A stretch of 64,000 bases of DNA from an uncultured Clostridia bacterium. GTDB taxonomy: Bacteria > Bacillota > Clostridia > TANB77 > CAG-508. Shown here in pieces: positions 52,122-61,304 of the stretch. Location: assembly GCA_944393385.1 (NCBI GenBank), contig CALYAA010000004.1:9401-73400 (forward strand), written 5' to 3'. Positions within the stretch are counted from its first letter, which is position 1. Each line of letters starts with the position of its first letter. The notes beneath the pieces were generated by a model. That model was not told where the DNA came from and searched no databases. It saw only the letters and a program-made list of their open reading frames with translations. Both the position numbers and the translations under genes were made by a program.

Positions 52122-53936
52122 TCAATCAATAATTATATATTCTATCTTCCGCTTATCCTCCTGCTCAATAAACTCTCCATCTTTTGATTTTACAAACTTT
52201 TTATTAGTTCCTATATCAATATAAGTTCTTATTCTTTCAAATTTTGTTTTTGTTTTTCCTTTTTTTGTAATAACTCTCTTTTGTTGCAAATGCTCTGGAA
52301 ATTTTAGCATATCTACAAGATATGTAATATGTCGAACAATTTTATATCTATAATCGTCTTCTTTTATTTTTAAATAACCTTTTTTTATCTCTTCTTTTTG
52401 TGTTTCAGAAAAGGGAGTTAAGACATGTGTTCCGATATATCTTCCATTAACAATAAAATCATCTTTTCCATCATATAATGGTAAAATTTTATTTCTTTGA
52501 TGAGATTGTAAAAATTTTTCTAATAATTCTCTTTTGATATGTAGTCTTATAGGCATATTCAATCCAGAAATATCTGCACCAATTAATATATAATCAGACT
52601 TTTTCCTTTCTTCTATTACTCCCCAATTTGTTGACATTCTTTCATCATCACTTAATAAATTCATCAAAGCTAAAATGCTATTATCTTTTTGATTATATAA
52701 ATTTTTTTCCAAATTTTCTAATGACATATATAAATGAAAATCATTTGAAAAATTATTTTCTAATCCTCTTAATCCACCAATCCCTGAAAAATATCTATTA
52801 TACTGTTCTCCAAATTTTTCTTCTAATTCATTAACCTGATCAGCAACATTAACAACTGCTTTTTCTCTTATCTCTTCTCTACATTGTTTATATATTTCTG
52901 AAGTTTTTATATGAATTGCATTAAACTTTAATTTTAATGATTCAAAAACATCTGGATTTATTAATTCTGATAATTTTATTTTATGTACTGATAGAAAATC
53001 ATCTAAATTTAATTCATACATTATAAAATAAGATTTATACATTTTGATTGTTTCTTTAGCCAATCTATTTGTCCAAAATGCGTGTAATGCTGATAATTGA
53101 TAAATATTAAGTTTTCTTAATTTTTCCTCATTAAACAATGTGTTAAATGCATCATTTTCATTTATTGGTGTTAACTCATCAATTTTTAATCTAGAAACTT
53201 CATTATTTTGTTGTTTTATATATTTTTCTAATATTCCATACTTATTTAGGCCTTCTCCAACATGTATTATTGCACTTATATATTCTTCTTTTAATTCTTT
53301 ATCTATAATTTCTACATTGTTCATTTTTTCTAAAAAATATTTTACTTGTTCAAATTCATTTCTTGCCCCAAATAATCCTTTAATATCTTTTATTTGATTT
53401 CTCACTTCTTTTTGTGGTCCAAAATGCATATGTAATCTTCTAAGGTTTTTTCTATTTCCTGTACTAATTCTAATAGCTTCTACTTCTTCTTGAGTAGCTT
53501 TAGAGACATATGATCTAACAGAAATTATTGTTTCAAGTACAGCCTGTCTTAATGCTTTTTGAGGATTTGAACTATAATCTATATTTTCAATTTGTTTTAT
53601 TTTCTTGCCACTTTTTCTTTCTTCTATAACTATTTCATTATATATTTTTTCAATCAAATCCTCTTTACTAACTAAAGTTTTAATTGCATTCCTTCTTATA
53701 ACATCACATCTAAAGTCTGTTACATCAATCATGCTTTGGGTTAAATTTTTAATCATATTATTCATTTCTAAATAAATATCTTCTTTATCTAAAAAAGGAT
53801 TTTCTTTATATAAATTAAGAATTATTTTTTTTGTTAATTCTGCTGTTTTATCAAAGTCCTCTAAATTCATTGCAGAATTTGTTTTTTTGGATAATGACAT
53901 TGCATTTTTTAACCAGATGTTAAATTCATTATTCAT
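52122..53936 (-). CDS. Hypothetical protein (alternative end 52142 with a +1 shift at CGG 52151)
   Basis: 604-aa ORF between topB and mfd; no recognisable motif. Confidence 0.75.
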   Translation of the reverse strand: MNNEFNIWLKNAMSLSKKTNSAMNLEDFDKTAELTKKIILNLYKENPFLDKEDIYLEMNNMIKNLTQSMIDVTDFRCDVIRRNAIKTLVSKEDLIEKIYNEIVIEERKSGKKIKQIENIDYSSNPQKALRQAVLETIISVRSYVSKATQEEVEAIRISTGNRKNLRRLHMHFGPQKEVRNQIKDIKGLFGARNEFEQVKYFLEKMNNVEIIDKELKEEYISAIIHVGEGLNKYGILEKYIKQQNNEVSRLKIDELTPINENDAFNTLFNEEKLRKLNIYQLSALHAFWTNRLAKETIKMYKSYFIMYELNLDDFLSVHKIKLSELINPDVFESLKLKFNAIHIKTSEIYKQCREEIREKAVVNVADQVNELEEKFGEQYNRYFSGIGGLRGLENNFSNDFHLYMSLENLEKNLYNQKDNSILALMNLLSDDERMSTNWGVIEERKKSDYILIGADISGLNMPIRLHIKRELLEKFLQSHQRNKILPLYDGKDDFIVNGRYIGTHVLTPFSETQKEEIKKGYLKIKEDDYRYKIVRHITYLVDMLKFPEHLQQKRVITKKGKTKTKFERIRTYIDIGTNKKFVKSKDGEFIEQEDKRKIEYIIID

Positions 53937-53953
53937 TATAATTTTTTCATCTC

Positions 53954-55915
53954 CTATGTTTTTAAAATTAGCTTATTAAATTTTGAATTGATATAATTAG
54001 TTAGCTTTGTCATGAATTCATCAGGTTTTATTTCTTTTCTCCATACCATATCCAAACCTTTCTCCCAACTTGCTGTAAGCTTTGCATTTAGCATATCTGG
54101 CATTGAATATTTTACAACATCATAAATAGCCTCACCTTTTGAAGTTGGAGTAACTATTTGAGTTTTTGAATTTATATCAATATATTTTATCTTCTCTAGT
54201 TTTTTTATAATTTCTCCTCTAGTTGCAGAAGTTCCAATTCCTGCACCTTTTATTTGTTCTCTTAATTCTTCATCTTTTATTAATTTACCTGCATTTTCCA
54301 TTGCCAAAATTAATGAACCAGAATTATATCTTGAAGGTGGTGTAGTTTCTGCTTCTTTTAGTTCATATTCTTTCACTATCAATTCTAGTCCCTTTTTTAA
54401 ATTTTTAAATACTTCTAAATTATTTTCTTCACTTAAATCCTTTTTCTCTTGTTTTTTGTCATCACTTTCCACATTTTGTTCTTTAGGTGTGGATTTTTTT
54501 GTTTGATTTTTTAATACATCTAAATATCCTTGAACAATACAAACTTTTCCACTTGCAAAAAATGTTTCATTCTCAACATTTATTGTCATACTTACTTTTT
54601 GATATTCTGCTGGTGGATAAAAAATAGCAATAAACCTTTTTACAATAACATGATATATTTTTTTATGTAGTTCTTGTAATTTATCATAATTTTCAAATCC
54701 TTGACCAGTAGGAATTATTGCATAATGATCTGTAATCTTACTGTCATTTACATATTTAGTTTTTATTAAATTTGTAGAGTATTTCTCATCTATCATCTTT
54801 TTTAATTTTTCTTGCACTTCTTGATTTTTATATCCTTTAACAAGTCCATTTAAATTTTTAGATATTTCTTTAGCTACTGCTGTTGATAAAACTCTTGCAT
54901 CAGTTCTAGGATATGTAACTAATTTTTTTTCATATAATTCTTGTATAATATCTAATGTTTCATCTGGTTTAATTTTAAATCTTTTCGTACATTCATTTTG
55001 TATTTCTGCTAAATTAAATAATAATGGTGCATTTTCTTTTTGTTTAGTTTTCTTTATTTCTGTTATTATTGCCTTTTTTCCTTCCAGACTTTTTATAAAA
55101 TTATTTGCATCTTTTTCTATTTTAAATCCACCTTCATTATATAATTTAGGACTTTCATACATGACAGATTTTTCATTTACTTTCCATTCTGCTTTTATTA
55201 AATTATCATCTTTTGCAAATTCTCCAATTATTTTAAAATACTTAGTTTTTACAAAATCTCTAATTTCCCTTTCTCTTGAAACAATCATTCCTAATACACA
55301 AGTCATTACTCTTCCAACTGAAATAGAAATTTTATCTTCATTTATTTTAGATGCAACTCTTTTTCCATATATAATAGTTAATAATCTAGAAAAATTAATT
55401 CCTATTAAATAATCTTCTTTTGCTCTTAAATAAGCAGAATCAGCTAAACTATCATACTCACTTTGATTTTTCGCTTGTTGTATTCCTCTTTTTATTTCAT
55501 CTTCAGTTTGTGAATCTATCCAAACCCTTTTTATAACAGCTTTTGGATTTGGCTTTGCCATCATATATACAAGTCTTTGAATATACTCTCCTTCTCTTCC
55601 AGAGTCTCCTGCATTATATATTTCTTCAACATCTTCTCTTTGAAGCAATTTTTGTACAATATTAAATTGTTTTTGCACATTTGGAATAATTTCATATTTC
55701 CAATTTGTTGGTATAAATGGAAGTGTGTCTAATCTCCAAAATTTCATCTTTTCATCATATGCTTCAGGATAACTCATTGTAACTAGATGTCCAACACACC
55801 AAGTAATTATCCATTCGTTAGATTCTATATATCCATCTTTCCTATTTGTTTTAATTTTCAAGGCTTTTGCAAATTCCATTGCTACTGAAGGTTTTTCTGT
55901 TATTAGTAATTTCAT
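53954..55915 (-). CDS. topB: Type IA DNA topoisomerase (topoisomerase III-like)
   Basis: TEKPS, WCVGHL, GDSGREGE, SVGRV, TYPRTD, DHYAIIPT, GIGTSATR. Confidence 0.9.
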   Translation of the reverse strand: MKLLITEKPSVAMEFAKALKIKTNRKDGYIESNEWIITWCVGHLVTMSYPEAYDEKMKFWRLDTLPFIPTNWKYEIIPNVQKQFNIVQKLLQREDVEEIYNAGDSGREGEYIQRLVYMMAKPNPKAVIKRVWIDSQTEDEIKRGIQQAKNQSEYDSLADSAYLRAKEDYLIGINFSRLLTIIYGKRVASKINEDKISISVGRVMTCVLGMIVSREREIRDFVKTKYFKIIGEFAKDDNLIKAEWKVNEKSVMYESPKLYNEGGFKIEKDANNFIKSLEGKKAIITEIKKTKQKENAPLLFNLAEIQNECTKRFKIKPDETLDIIQELYEKKLVTYPRTDARVLSTAVAKEISKNLNGLVKGYKNQEVQEKLKKMIDEKYSTNLIKTKYVNDSKITDHYAIIPTGQGFENYDKLQELHKKIYHVIVKRFIAIFYPPAEYQKVSMTINVENETFFASGKVCIVQGYLDVLKNQTKKSTPKEQNVESDDKKQEKKDLSEENNLEVFKNLKKGLELIVKEYELKEAETTPPSRYNSGSLILAMENAGKLIKDEELREQIKGAGIGTSATRGEIIKKLEKIKYIDINSKTQIVTPTSKGEAIYDVVKYSMPDMLNAKLTASWEKGLDMVWRKEIKPDEFMTKLTNYINSKFNKLILKT

Positions 55916-56000
55916 TTTTATCGTCTCCTTTCTTTTGTATACATATATTTTGCAAATTAGGCCTAAAAGAGTTTCTTAAATTTTTTTATTTATCAGAACA

Positions 56001-56237
56001 CTAATCATGTTCTGCTCCATTAAATGACTCATCAGAAAAAAACTCATATAATGTTATTCCAAATCCCTCACATATATGTAGCAATGTATCTAATTTGATT
56101 AAATCTGTTTTTCCACTCATAAAAGTAGAAAGTGTTGACATTGGCACTCCAGACATTTTAAATAATGTCCACATATTCATATCATTTTTTCTTAAATAAT
56201 ACTTTATTCTTCTTCTAATTGCTTCAGATAATTGCAT
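56001..56237 (-). CDS. XRE family HTH regulator
   Basis: LFKMSGVPMSTLS...KLDTLLHICEGFGITLYEFF. Confidence 0.88.
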   Translation of the reverse strand: MQLSEAIRRRIKYYLRKNDMNMWTLFKMSGVPMSTLSTFMSGKTDLIKLDTLLHICEGFGITLYEFFSDESFNGAEHD

Positions 56238-56410
56238 TTATACCAATCCTTTCTCTTAGCTATAAATTTAATTATATAAAAATAAATTCAAATTTTAGTT
56301 TGGCTAATTGAAATTTACGTAAAATATTTCAATTTCTCGAACTATTTGGTATAAATTAATATTCATTTCTGTCTTTTGTTACTAAATACAAAAATTAAAT
56401 TATAAATATA

Positions 56411-56773
56411 TTAACCTTTTTTATTTTTTAATAACATATAAATCTCATTAACTGCAATAATTAGCAAAAATATCCCAAAATATTTTTTCAAAGTATTTAC
56501 ATAAGTATTCACTGAAATAATAGATCCTATAATAGCTCCAATAATTCCCCAAAAAGAAATAGTAAAAGCTAATTTTATATCAATGTTTTTATTTTTGTAG
56601 TTTACTAATACCGCAGATATTGCAGTGGGTATAAAATAAATTAAATTAGTTGCTTGAGCAATATGTTGCTCAATTCCAACAATTGTAGAAAGTAAAAAAA
56701 TAAGAATTGTTCCTCCACCCATACCTATTCCACTAAATATCCCTGAAAATGCACCTATCAAAATTTCTAACAT
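56411..56773 (-). CDS. TauE/SafE sulfite-exporter half-protein
   Basis: SGIGMGGG, AQATNL, hydrophobic. Confidence 0.85.
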   Translation of the reverse strand: MLEILIGAFSGIFSGIGMGGGTILIFLLSTIVGIEQHIAQATNLIYFIPTAISAVLVNYKNKNIDIKLAFTISFWGIIGAIIGSIISVNTYVNTLKKYFGIFLLIIAVNEIYMLLKNKKG

Positions 56774-56787
56774 AACTTATCATTCCT

Positions 56788-57171
56788 TTACAAAAATAAC
56801 ATTCTATATGAATAATACAGAATAAAAATAACAAATATAATTTTTAAAATATAATCTGGTACCCTTTTTAATATTTTAGCTCCAACATATCCTCCAAATA
56901 TTCCTCCTATTGCACATAATAATCCAGAATCCCATTTTATATAGTTATTTTTATAATAGAAAATACTACTAGCTATAACCATTGATAACATACAAAGTAA
57001 TGAAGTCGCTCTTGCTTTCTTTGGTTCTATTTTTAGCAAATATATAAAAGATGGAACTAATATCATTCCTCCACCTGTTCCAAAAAGTCCACAAATAACC
57101 CCTGAGAACAGTCCGATAAAAACTTTTTTTATATTATTATTTTTAAATCTACTATTTATTTTTTCAGTCAT
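56788..57171 (-). CDS. TauE/SafE sulfite-exporter half-protein
   Basis: GLFGTGGGMILVP, ARATSL. Confidence 0.85.
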   Translation of the reverse strand: MTEKINSRFKNNNIKKVFIGLFSGVICGLFGTGGGMILVPSFIYLLKIEPKKARATSLLCMLSMVIASSIFYYKNNYIKWDSGLLCAIGGIFGGYVGAKILKRVPDYILKIIFVIFILYYSYRMLFL

Positions 57172-57339
57172 TTTTTATTTCACATCTCCAAAAAAATATT
57201 AAAACAATAATAGTAAAGTATAACTTTCCTATTTGCATCTATTATGGCAAAGACTTTTTTTAATAGAAAAATGAGACTTTTCATATTAAATAAAAAGATA
57301 GAAAAGAAAATTTTTACTTTCTTTTCTATCTTTTCCAAA

Positions 57340-58584
57340 TTATATTTTTATATTCTCATCTTTTACAAAGTATTTGGTACCAACTCTTTCATCTGGCAAA
57401 TATTGTTGTTCAACCCAATGTCCAGGGAAATCATGTGGGTACAAATATCCTTCATTATAACCTAATTCACGCATTTTATCAATAGGTGCATTACGAATAT
57501 GCATTGGTATTTTTCCGGTATCATGATTCGCAACATCTTCTATTGCTTTATTAATTCCCAAATATGTTGCATTAGATTTTTTACAATTAGCAACATATAC
57601 TGCCGCTTCTGCAAGAATAATCCTAGCTTCGGGCATACCTATCATATGTACAGCTTGCATTGCAGAAGTTGCTATTACTAACGCTTGTGGGTCAGCTAAG
57701 CCTACATCTTCAGAAGCACAAATAGTAATTCTTCTAGCTAAAAATACAGGGTCTTCTCCACCATTTAACGCTCTCGCCAAATAAAACAATGTTGCATCTG
57801 GGTCTGATCCTCTCATTGATTTAATAAATGCACTAATATTATCATAATGTGTATCACCATTTTTATCAAAAATAGCTTTTCTATTTTGTATACTATTTTT
57901 AATAACTTCATCTGTAATATGAATATAACCATCAGAATCCATATTTGTTGTTAAAACTGCAACCTCAAGTCCATTTAAAGCTGTTCTAACATCTCCATTA
58001 GCAATATCTGCTATTTTTCTTAATGTTTCATCTTCTATTTTTATTTGATATTCACCAAGTCCATCTTTTCTACTAAGTGCATTTTTTAAAATTTGATAAA
58101 TATTTTCTTCTGTCAATGGATTTAATTTAATTACCATTGACCTTGAAATTAAAGCTTTATTAACTTCAAAATATGGACTTTCTGTAGTTGCTCCAATTAA
58201 TATAATTGTACCATTTTCTACAAAAGGTAAAAGTGCATCTTGTTGTAATTTATTAAATCTATGAATTTCATCAATAAATAAAATACTTTTTCCTGAAGGA
58301 TTCATCATATAATTGCGAGTTTCTTCTACTATTTTTTTTATATCTGCAACACCAGCTGTTACTGCATTTATTTTATAAAATTTATATTTTGTTGTTTCAC
58401 TTATTACTTTAGCAAGTGATGTTTTTCCACATCCAGGAGGTCCAAATAATATTATACTTGATAATCTATCTGCTTTTATTGTTCTATATAATATTTTTCC
58501 TGGACCAATTACATGTTCTTGCCCAACATATTCTTCAAGTGTTTTTGGTCTCATTCTAAATGCTAAAGGTTCGTTTTGATTCAT
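57340..58584 (-). CDS. rarA: Replication-associated recombination protein A
   Basis: PLAFRMRP, GPPGCGKT, DEIHRFNK, SAFIKSMRGSDPDA, YLYPHDF. Confidence 0.96.
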   Translation of the reverse strand: MNQNEPLAFRMRPKTLEEYVGQEHVIGPGKILYRTIKADRLSSIILFGPPGCGKTSLAKVISETTKYKFYKINAVTAGVADIKKIVEETRNYMMNPSGKSILFIDEIHRFNKLQQDALLPFVENGTIILIGATTESPYFEVNKALISRSMVIKLNPLTEENIYQILKNALSRKDGLGEYQIKIEDETLRKIADIANGDVRTALNGLEVAVLTTNMDSDGYIHITDEVIKNSIQNRKAIFDKNGDTHYDNISAFIKSMRGSDPDATLFYLARALNGGEDPVFLARRITICASEDVGLADPQALVIATSAMQAVHMIGMPEARIILAEAAVYVANCKKSNATYLGINKAIEDVANHDTGKIPMHIRNAPIDKMRELGYNEGYLYPHDFPGHWVEQQYLPDERVGTKYFVKDENIKI

Positions 58585-58787
58585 ATTTTATTCCTTAAAA
58601 AATATATTTAGATTTTTATTTAGGTTTTATCTATAAACCTTGTTTTATGTGCAAATAGATTATATTTCGTTAAATCAAAAATGTCAATATTAAGAAAAAA
58701 AACTTGATTTTATTTTTTTAATCATATATAATTCGCCTAGATAATTTAAGGAAAGGTAAATATGATTTTTATCATATAAGGTATTTT

Positions 58788-59393
58788 ATGTTTGCATATA
58801 TAAAAGGATTTCTTGAAATTAAAGAAAATAATTATATTGTTATAGATATTAATGGTTTAGGATATAAAGTTTTTATGTCTCAAAATAATATTGATAATAT
58901 TGGAAATATTGGTGATATTGTAAAAGTTTATACATATGTTAGAGTTAGAGAAGATGATATAAGTATATATGGTTTTTTAACACAAGAACAATTGAAAATG
59001 TTTGAACTTCTAATTTCTGTTAGTGGTGTTGGTGCAAAAAGTGCATTAGTTATGCTTTCTTGTATTGAGCCATCAGATTTTGCCATAGCTGTAATTTCCG
59101 GAAATGTAAAAGTTTTAACTAAAGTACCTGGAATAGGAAATAAATCTGCTCAGAGAATTATTTTAGAATTAAAAGATAAATTAAAAGAAGAACAATTAGA
59201 TGCAGAAAACTCAAATAATTTGAAACTAAAAGAAAAAGATAATAGCGAAAATATTAATGAAGCTTTTTCTGGCTTAATGGTGCTTGGCTATTCAAGAAAA
59301 GATATTGAAAAAGCTTTTGAGCATCTTGATGTTGATAATCTTTCTATAGAAGATTTGATTAAAAAGGGATTAGTTTTATTGTCTCAAAAATAA
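58788..59393 (+). CDS. ruvA: Holliday junction branch migration protein RuvA
   Basis: VREDDISIYGF, LISVSGVGAK, VPGIGNKSAQRIILELKDK. Confidence 0.96.
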   Translation: MFAYIKGFLEIKENNYIVIDINGLGYKVFMSQNNIDNIGNIGDIVKVYTYVRVREDDISIYGFLTQEQLKMFELLISVSGVGAKSALVMLSCIEPSDFAIAVISGNVKVLTKVPGIGNKSAQRIILELKDKLKEEQLDAENSNNLKLKEKDNSENINEAFSGLMVLGYSRKDIEKAFEHLDVDNLSIEDLIKKGLVLLSQK

Positions 59394-59480
59394 TAAGTTT
59401 CAAATATTGTGATTGTTTTTTCAAATTTATGCTTACCTACCCATCTAAAATGTATAAGTTTTATCTTAGGTCAAAGAAAT

Positions 59481-59558
59481 TTTATATAGTAGAAAAGTAT
59501 AACTTTTCTATTATATAAAAAAAATTCAATATATAAAATATTTTATATATTGAATTTT
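59481..59558. repeat. REP-like palindrome plus an adjacent perfect 38-bp palindrome between convergent genes
   Basis: TTTATATAGTAGAAAAGT-ATA-ACTTTTCTATTATATAAA then AAAATTCAATATATAAAAT/ATTTTATATATTGAATTTT. Confidence 0.8.
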
Positions 59559-59567
59559 TTTATAAAT

Positions 59568-60443
59568 TTATTCTCCTATTTCCATTCCTTGGGATTCATT
59601 TGTTTTTTCTTGCTGATTGTCATAATATTTAACTAATGAATCTACTACTTGTGGGTCAACATATTGTGCTAAATATTCTTTTCCACTTTCCCTGTTATAT
59701 TCTTTTCTTAAATTTTCAAGTTGTTGCATTGGATTATATAAGTCTAGTAATACTTCACTATCTTCTTTAGCCAAATACCATCTATTATCAATATTTTCAT
59801 TTTTTCCATTATTAACTTGTTCAATAATAGATTTTGTTTCATTATCTATAGTTTGAATAGTACCATCTTGAGTAAAAATTATTCCAAAATCTTTAAGCAT
59901 TTGTCCTGTTTCTTTAGTATATTCTGTTTGGTATAAATTTTTCATATAATTTAGAACATCGTCTTTGGTTTGAAAATTTGAAATATCATTTTTTATTTTT
60001 TGTATCATTTCTTCTCTTTTTTGTGTTTGAGCTTTTTGCTCTGCATTATCATTTGCCTTTTCTTCTATAGAATTAATATCAATTTTTAATCCATTTACAA
60101 ATACTTCTCTATCACTTTGTCCATTAACATGTAATTCATTACCATTTTCAAGTTCTGATGTATCTACAACTACTTTTCCATCTGCTTGTGTTACCCCTTC
60201 AACTCTTCCAGAACCTTCTCCTAATTTATATACCGCACTTCCTAACATAAATGTTGCACCAATTCCAGCAATTAATCTAACTGTTAACTTTTTTAGAACT
60301 TTATTTTTAACTCTATCTATTTCCCTTTTGGTTAATTTTCTGCCTTTTCTTCTTTCTTCCTTATGGATTGCATCATCTAATCTTCCTTTTAATATTCCAA
60401 CTCTTTTATGTGTTATTTGATTTTTTCCGTTGTTTCTTTCCAT
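59568..60443 (-). CDS. Hypothetical protein: basic N-terminus, one TM, coiled-coil
   Basis: GAAGGGAAG RBS before ATG 60443; LIAGIGATFMLGSAVY TM. Confidence 0.75.
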   Translation of the reverse strand: MERNNGKNQITHKRVGILKGRLDDAIHKEERRKGRKLTKREIDRVKNKVLKKLTVRLIAGIGATFMLGSAVYKLGEGSGRVEGVTQADGKVVVDTSELENGNELHVNGQSDREVFVNGLKIDINSIEEKANDNAEQKAQTQKREEMIQKIKNDISNFQTKDDVLNYMKNLYQTEYTKETGQMLKDFGIIFTQDGTIQTIDNETKSIIEQVNNGKNENIDNRWYLAKEDSEVLLDLYNPMQQLENLRKEYNRESGKEYLAQYVDPQVVDSLVKYYDNQQEKTNESQGMEIGE

Positions 60444-60792
60444 TATATTTCTTCCCTTCAAATAATTAAAATATAATATATAATTTTTTAAGTCTAATTA
60501 ACATTTAATAAAAACTCCAATTTTATTATAACAATTACATAATAATAAGTCAATGTTTTTATTGATGAAAATTTTATATTTTTGGATTAGTAAATTAAAT
60601 GTAATTTATAAATTAATATAAAAAATTTTTTTATTTTTTATGTTAATTGTTTCTCTACTTATTCAAATAGTGTAACTAATTATTACACAAAAATTTTCTT
60701 AAATTCGTATATTTTTAGTCTATGTGGGTAGACTAGTTTTTATAAAAAAAATTGCTATACTCAAGTAAATTGAATTAATAGAGGTGATTAAT

Positions 60793-61029
60793 ATGTATTT
60801 ATCTGATGCTGTAAGAGAACGAATAAAATATTACCAAAAGAAAAATGGAATGAGTCTATGGGCACTATTTAAATCATCAGGTGTTCCTATGTCAACCCTT
60901 GCCGCATTTATGAGTAAAAGAACAGAATTAATAAAACTTGATACTCTACTTCATATCTGTGAAGGATTTCAGATAACAATCACAGAGTTTTTTGAAGATG
61001 ATATTTTTAAAGAAGTAGAACAAGATTAA
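60793..61029 (+). CDS. XRE family HTH regulator, paralog of 56001..56237
   Basis: GAGGTG RBS; SGVPMSTL...LIKLDTLLHICEGF shared with the other copy. Confidence 0.88.
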   Translation: MYLSDAVRERIKYYQKKNGMSLWALFKSSGVPMSTLAAFMSKRTELIKLDTLLHICEGFQITITEFFEDDIFKEVEQD

Positions 61030-61092
61030 AAGCTAATCACTAATCTTTGGAATTTTACACAAAGTAGAATATCCAAATTATAAAAAAGCTAT

Positions 61093-61145
61093 TAAAAAAC
61101 TATTATTTTATAATAAATAATTTATATTATAAAATAATAGTTTTT
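61093..61145 (+). terminator. Long AT-rich hairpin, probable terminator
   Basis: AAAAAACTATTATTTTATAATA...TATTATAAAATAATAGTTTTTT. Confidence 0.65.
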
Positions 61146-61184
61146 ATTGTTTATCAATATGAATCCAATTTTATCAAATATATT

Positions 61185-61263
61185 TGTAATATATTTGTAA
61201 TACAAATTTAATATTCTTGTAATACACTTTTGAAATAATTTATTGTATAATAAATTTGACGAA
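61185..61263 (+). promoter_or_regulatory. Promoter with four 11-bp-periodic TGTAAT half-sites and a 0A-box match
   Basis: TGTAAT 61185, TGTAAT 61196, TTTAAT 61207, TGTAAT 61218; TATAAT 61246; TGACGAA 61257. Confidence 0.65.
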
Positions 61264-61304
61264 ATTGATAAAGATATGTCAAAAATAAAGAACTGGAGGA
61301 GATC

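Noticed and set aside
26417-55845. AGG as a second frameshift or reassigned codon
   Set aside because: In-frame AGG encodes conserved Arg in intact motifs (rluB VGRLD, DUF1836 LPRW), and tRNA-Arg(UCU) is present
982-57681. Many 60-190 aa + strand ORFs overlapping minus-strand genes (e.g. 13836..14414, 24776..25252, 27176..27595, 57244..57465)
   Set aside because: Antisense shadows of well-identified genes: Ser/Phe/Ile-rich, no RBS or motifs
56001-61029. Prophage or transposon bounded by the XRE pair
   Set aside because: Enclosed genes are housekeeping; no integrase, transposase or att repeats seen
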